From IMG/VR virus record IMGVR_UViG_3300037455_001096: DNA of 14,591 bases, one strand, 5' to 3'. Positions 14,329 to 14,591 of the stretch are shown in pieces. The DNA is from a virus. Lineage: Duplodnaviria; Heunggongvirae; Uroviricota; Caudoviricetes. The first letter of the stretch is position 1, and each line of letters opens with the position of its first letter. The notes under the pieces are model-generated. The model did no database searches. It saw only the letters and a list, made by a program, of their open reading frames with translations, and had not been told where the DNA came from. Both the position numbers and the translations under genes were made by a program.

Positions 14329-14591
14329 ATGAAAAACAGCAAATCAAACGGATGCTTAATCTCGATTCTTCTCGTGGTTATGCTTTTGCTATACGCAATG
14401 GCAATCCTTTCGGGATGTTCGAGAACCAACACGTCAGACGGCGTGAAATCCGAAATCGGGTTCGAACCGAATGGATTGGACAATTCCGATACAGTCACGG
14501 TCGGCATTGGCACAAAAACATTTATCAAATCGTTTGTCGGTGCTGACAAGGCGGCTGACTACGTTGACGAATGCTACGCCAAATTCGGCGA
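14329..14591 (+). CDS. Putative lipoprotein, N-terminal part (runs off the window); not in the ORF track
   Basis: Manual translation MKNSKSNGCLISILLVVMLLLYAMAILSG-CSRTNTSDGVKSEIG...: basic N-region, hydrophobic core, LSGC lipobox (Cys codon 14416-14418). Alternative start at 14320 by ATGA overlap. Confidence 0.78.
   Translation, partial: MKNSKSNGCLISILLVVMLLLYAMAILSGCSRTNTSDGVKSEIGFEPNGLDNSDTVTVGIGTKTFIKSFVGADKAADYVDECYAKFG

Noticed and set aside
766-14549. Many antisense or shifted-frame ORFs in the track (e.g. 766-981, 1836-2237, 3713-4279, 5715-6308, 6818-7393, 10086-10589, 11029-11547, 13275-13892, 14352-14546)
   Set aside because: They overlap better-supported genes that have family motifs, tight packing and consistent start contexts; they are shadows.
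1-14591. tRNA, rRNA or structured ncRNA genes, and named gene assignments
   Set aside because: Intergenic spaces are short, and none shows a cloverleaf or known RNA motif. No protein was recognisable enough to justify a gene symbol.

Overview
Densely packed region of small hypothetical genes, most consistent with an accessory region of a large phage (or prophage) infecting a Bacteroidota host. Support: no Shine-Dalgarno motifs, ATT/GAT/GTT-ATG start contexts, a TAnnTTTG promoter element and tight or overlapping gene junctions. No hallmark structural, replication or recombinase gene is present, so the phage origin is an inference. The main feature is a family of 14 paralogous genes: 12 complete copies plus 1 truncated copy on the minus strand within 1-7252, and 1 copy on the plus strand at 11923-12348. 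They share three conserved blocks (DLCARLPY / KPYLRPMSSMTEEE / DWLNxHHFDYRGLIEKGLAxxAPxGMY) separated by two poorly conserved segments of variable length. Unrelated passenger ORFs sit between copies, and two copies carry C-terminal fusions. Transcription diverges around a 1.5 kb self-contained segment (two genes, a bidirectional terminator, two opposing genes). That segment is bracketed by a perfect 85-bp inverted repeat carrying outward-facing Bacteroidota-type promoters and tandem DnaA-box-like 9-mers. A second promoter-like motif occurs three times. A T4-late-like TATAAATA precedes two genes that share an MAHIxxIDE N-terminus. The right end is a cluster of membrane and lipoprotein genes. 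Several starts were corrected from the ORF track, and three ORFs missing from it were added.
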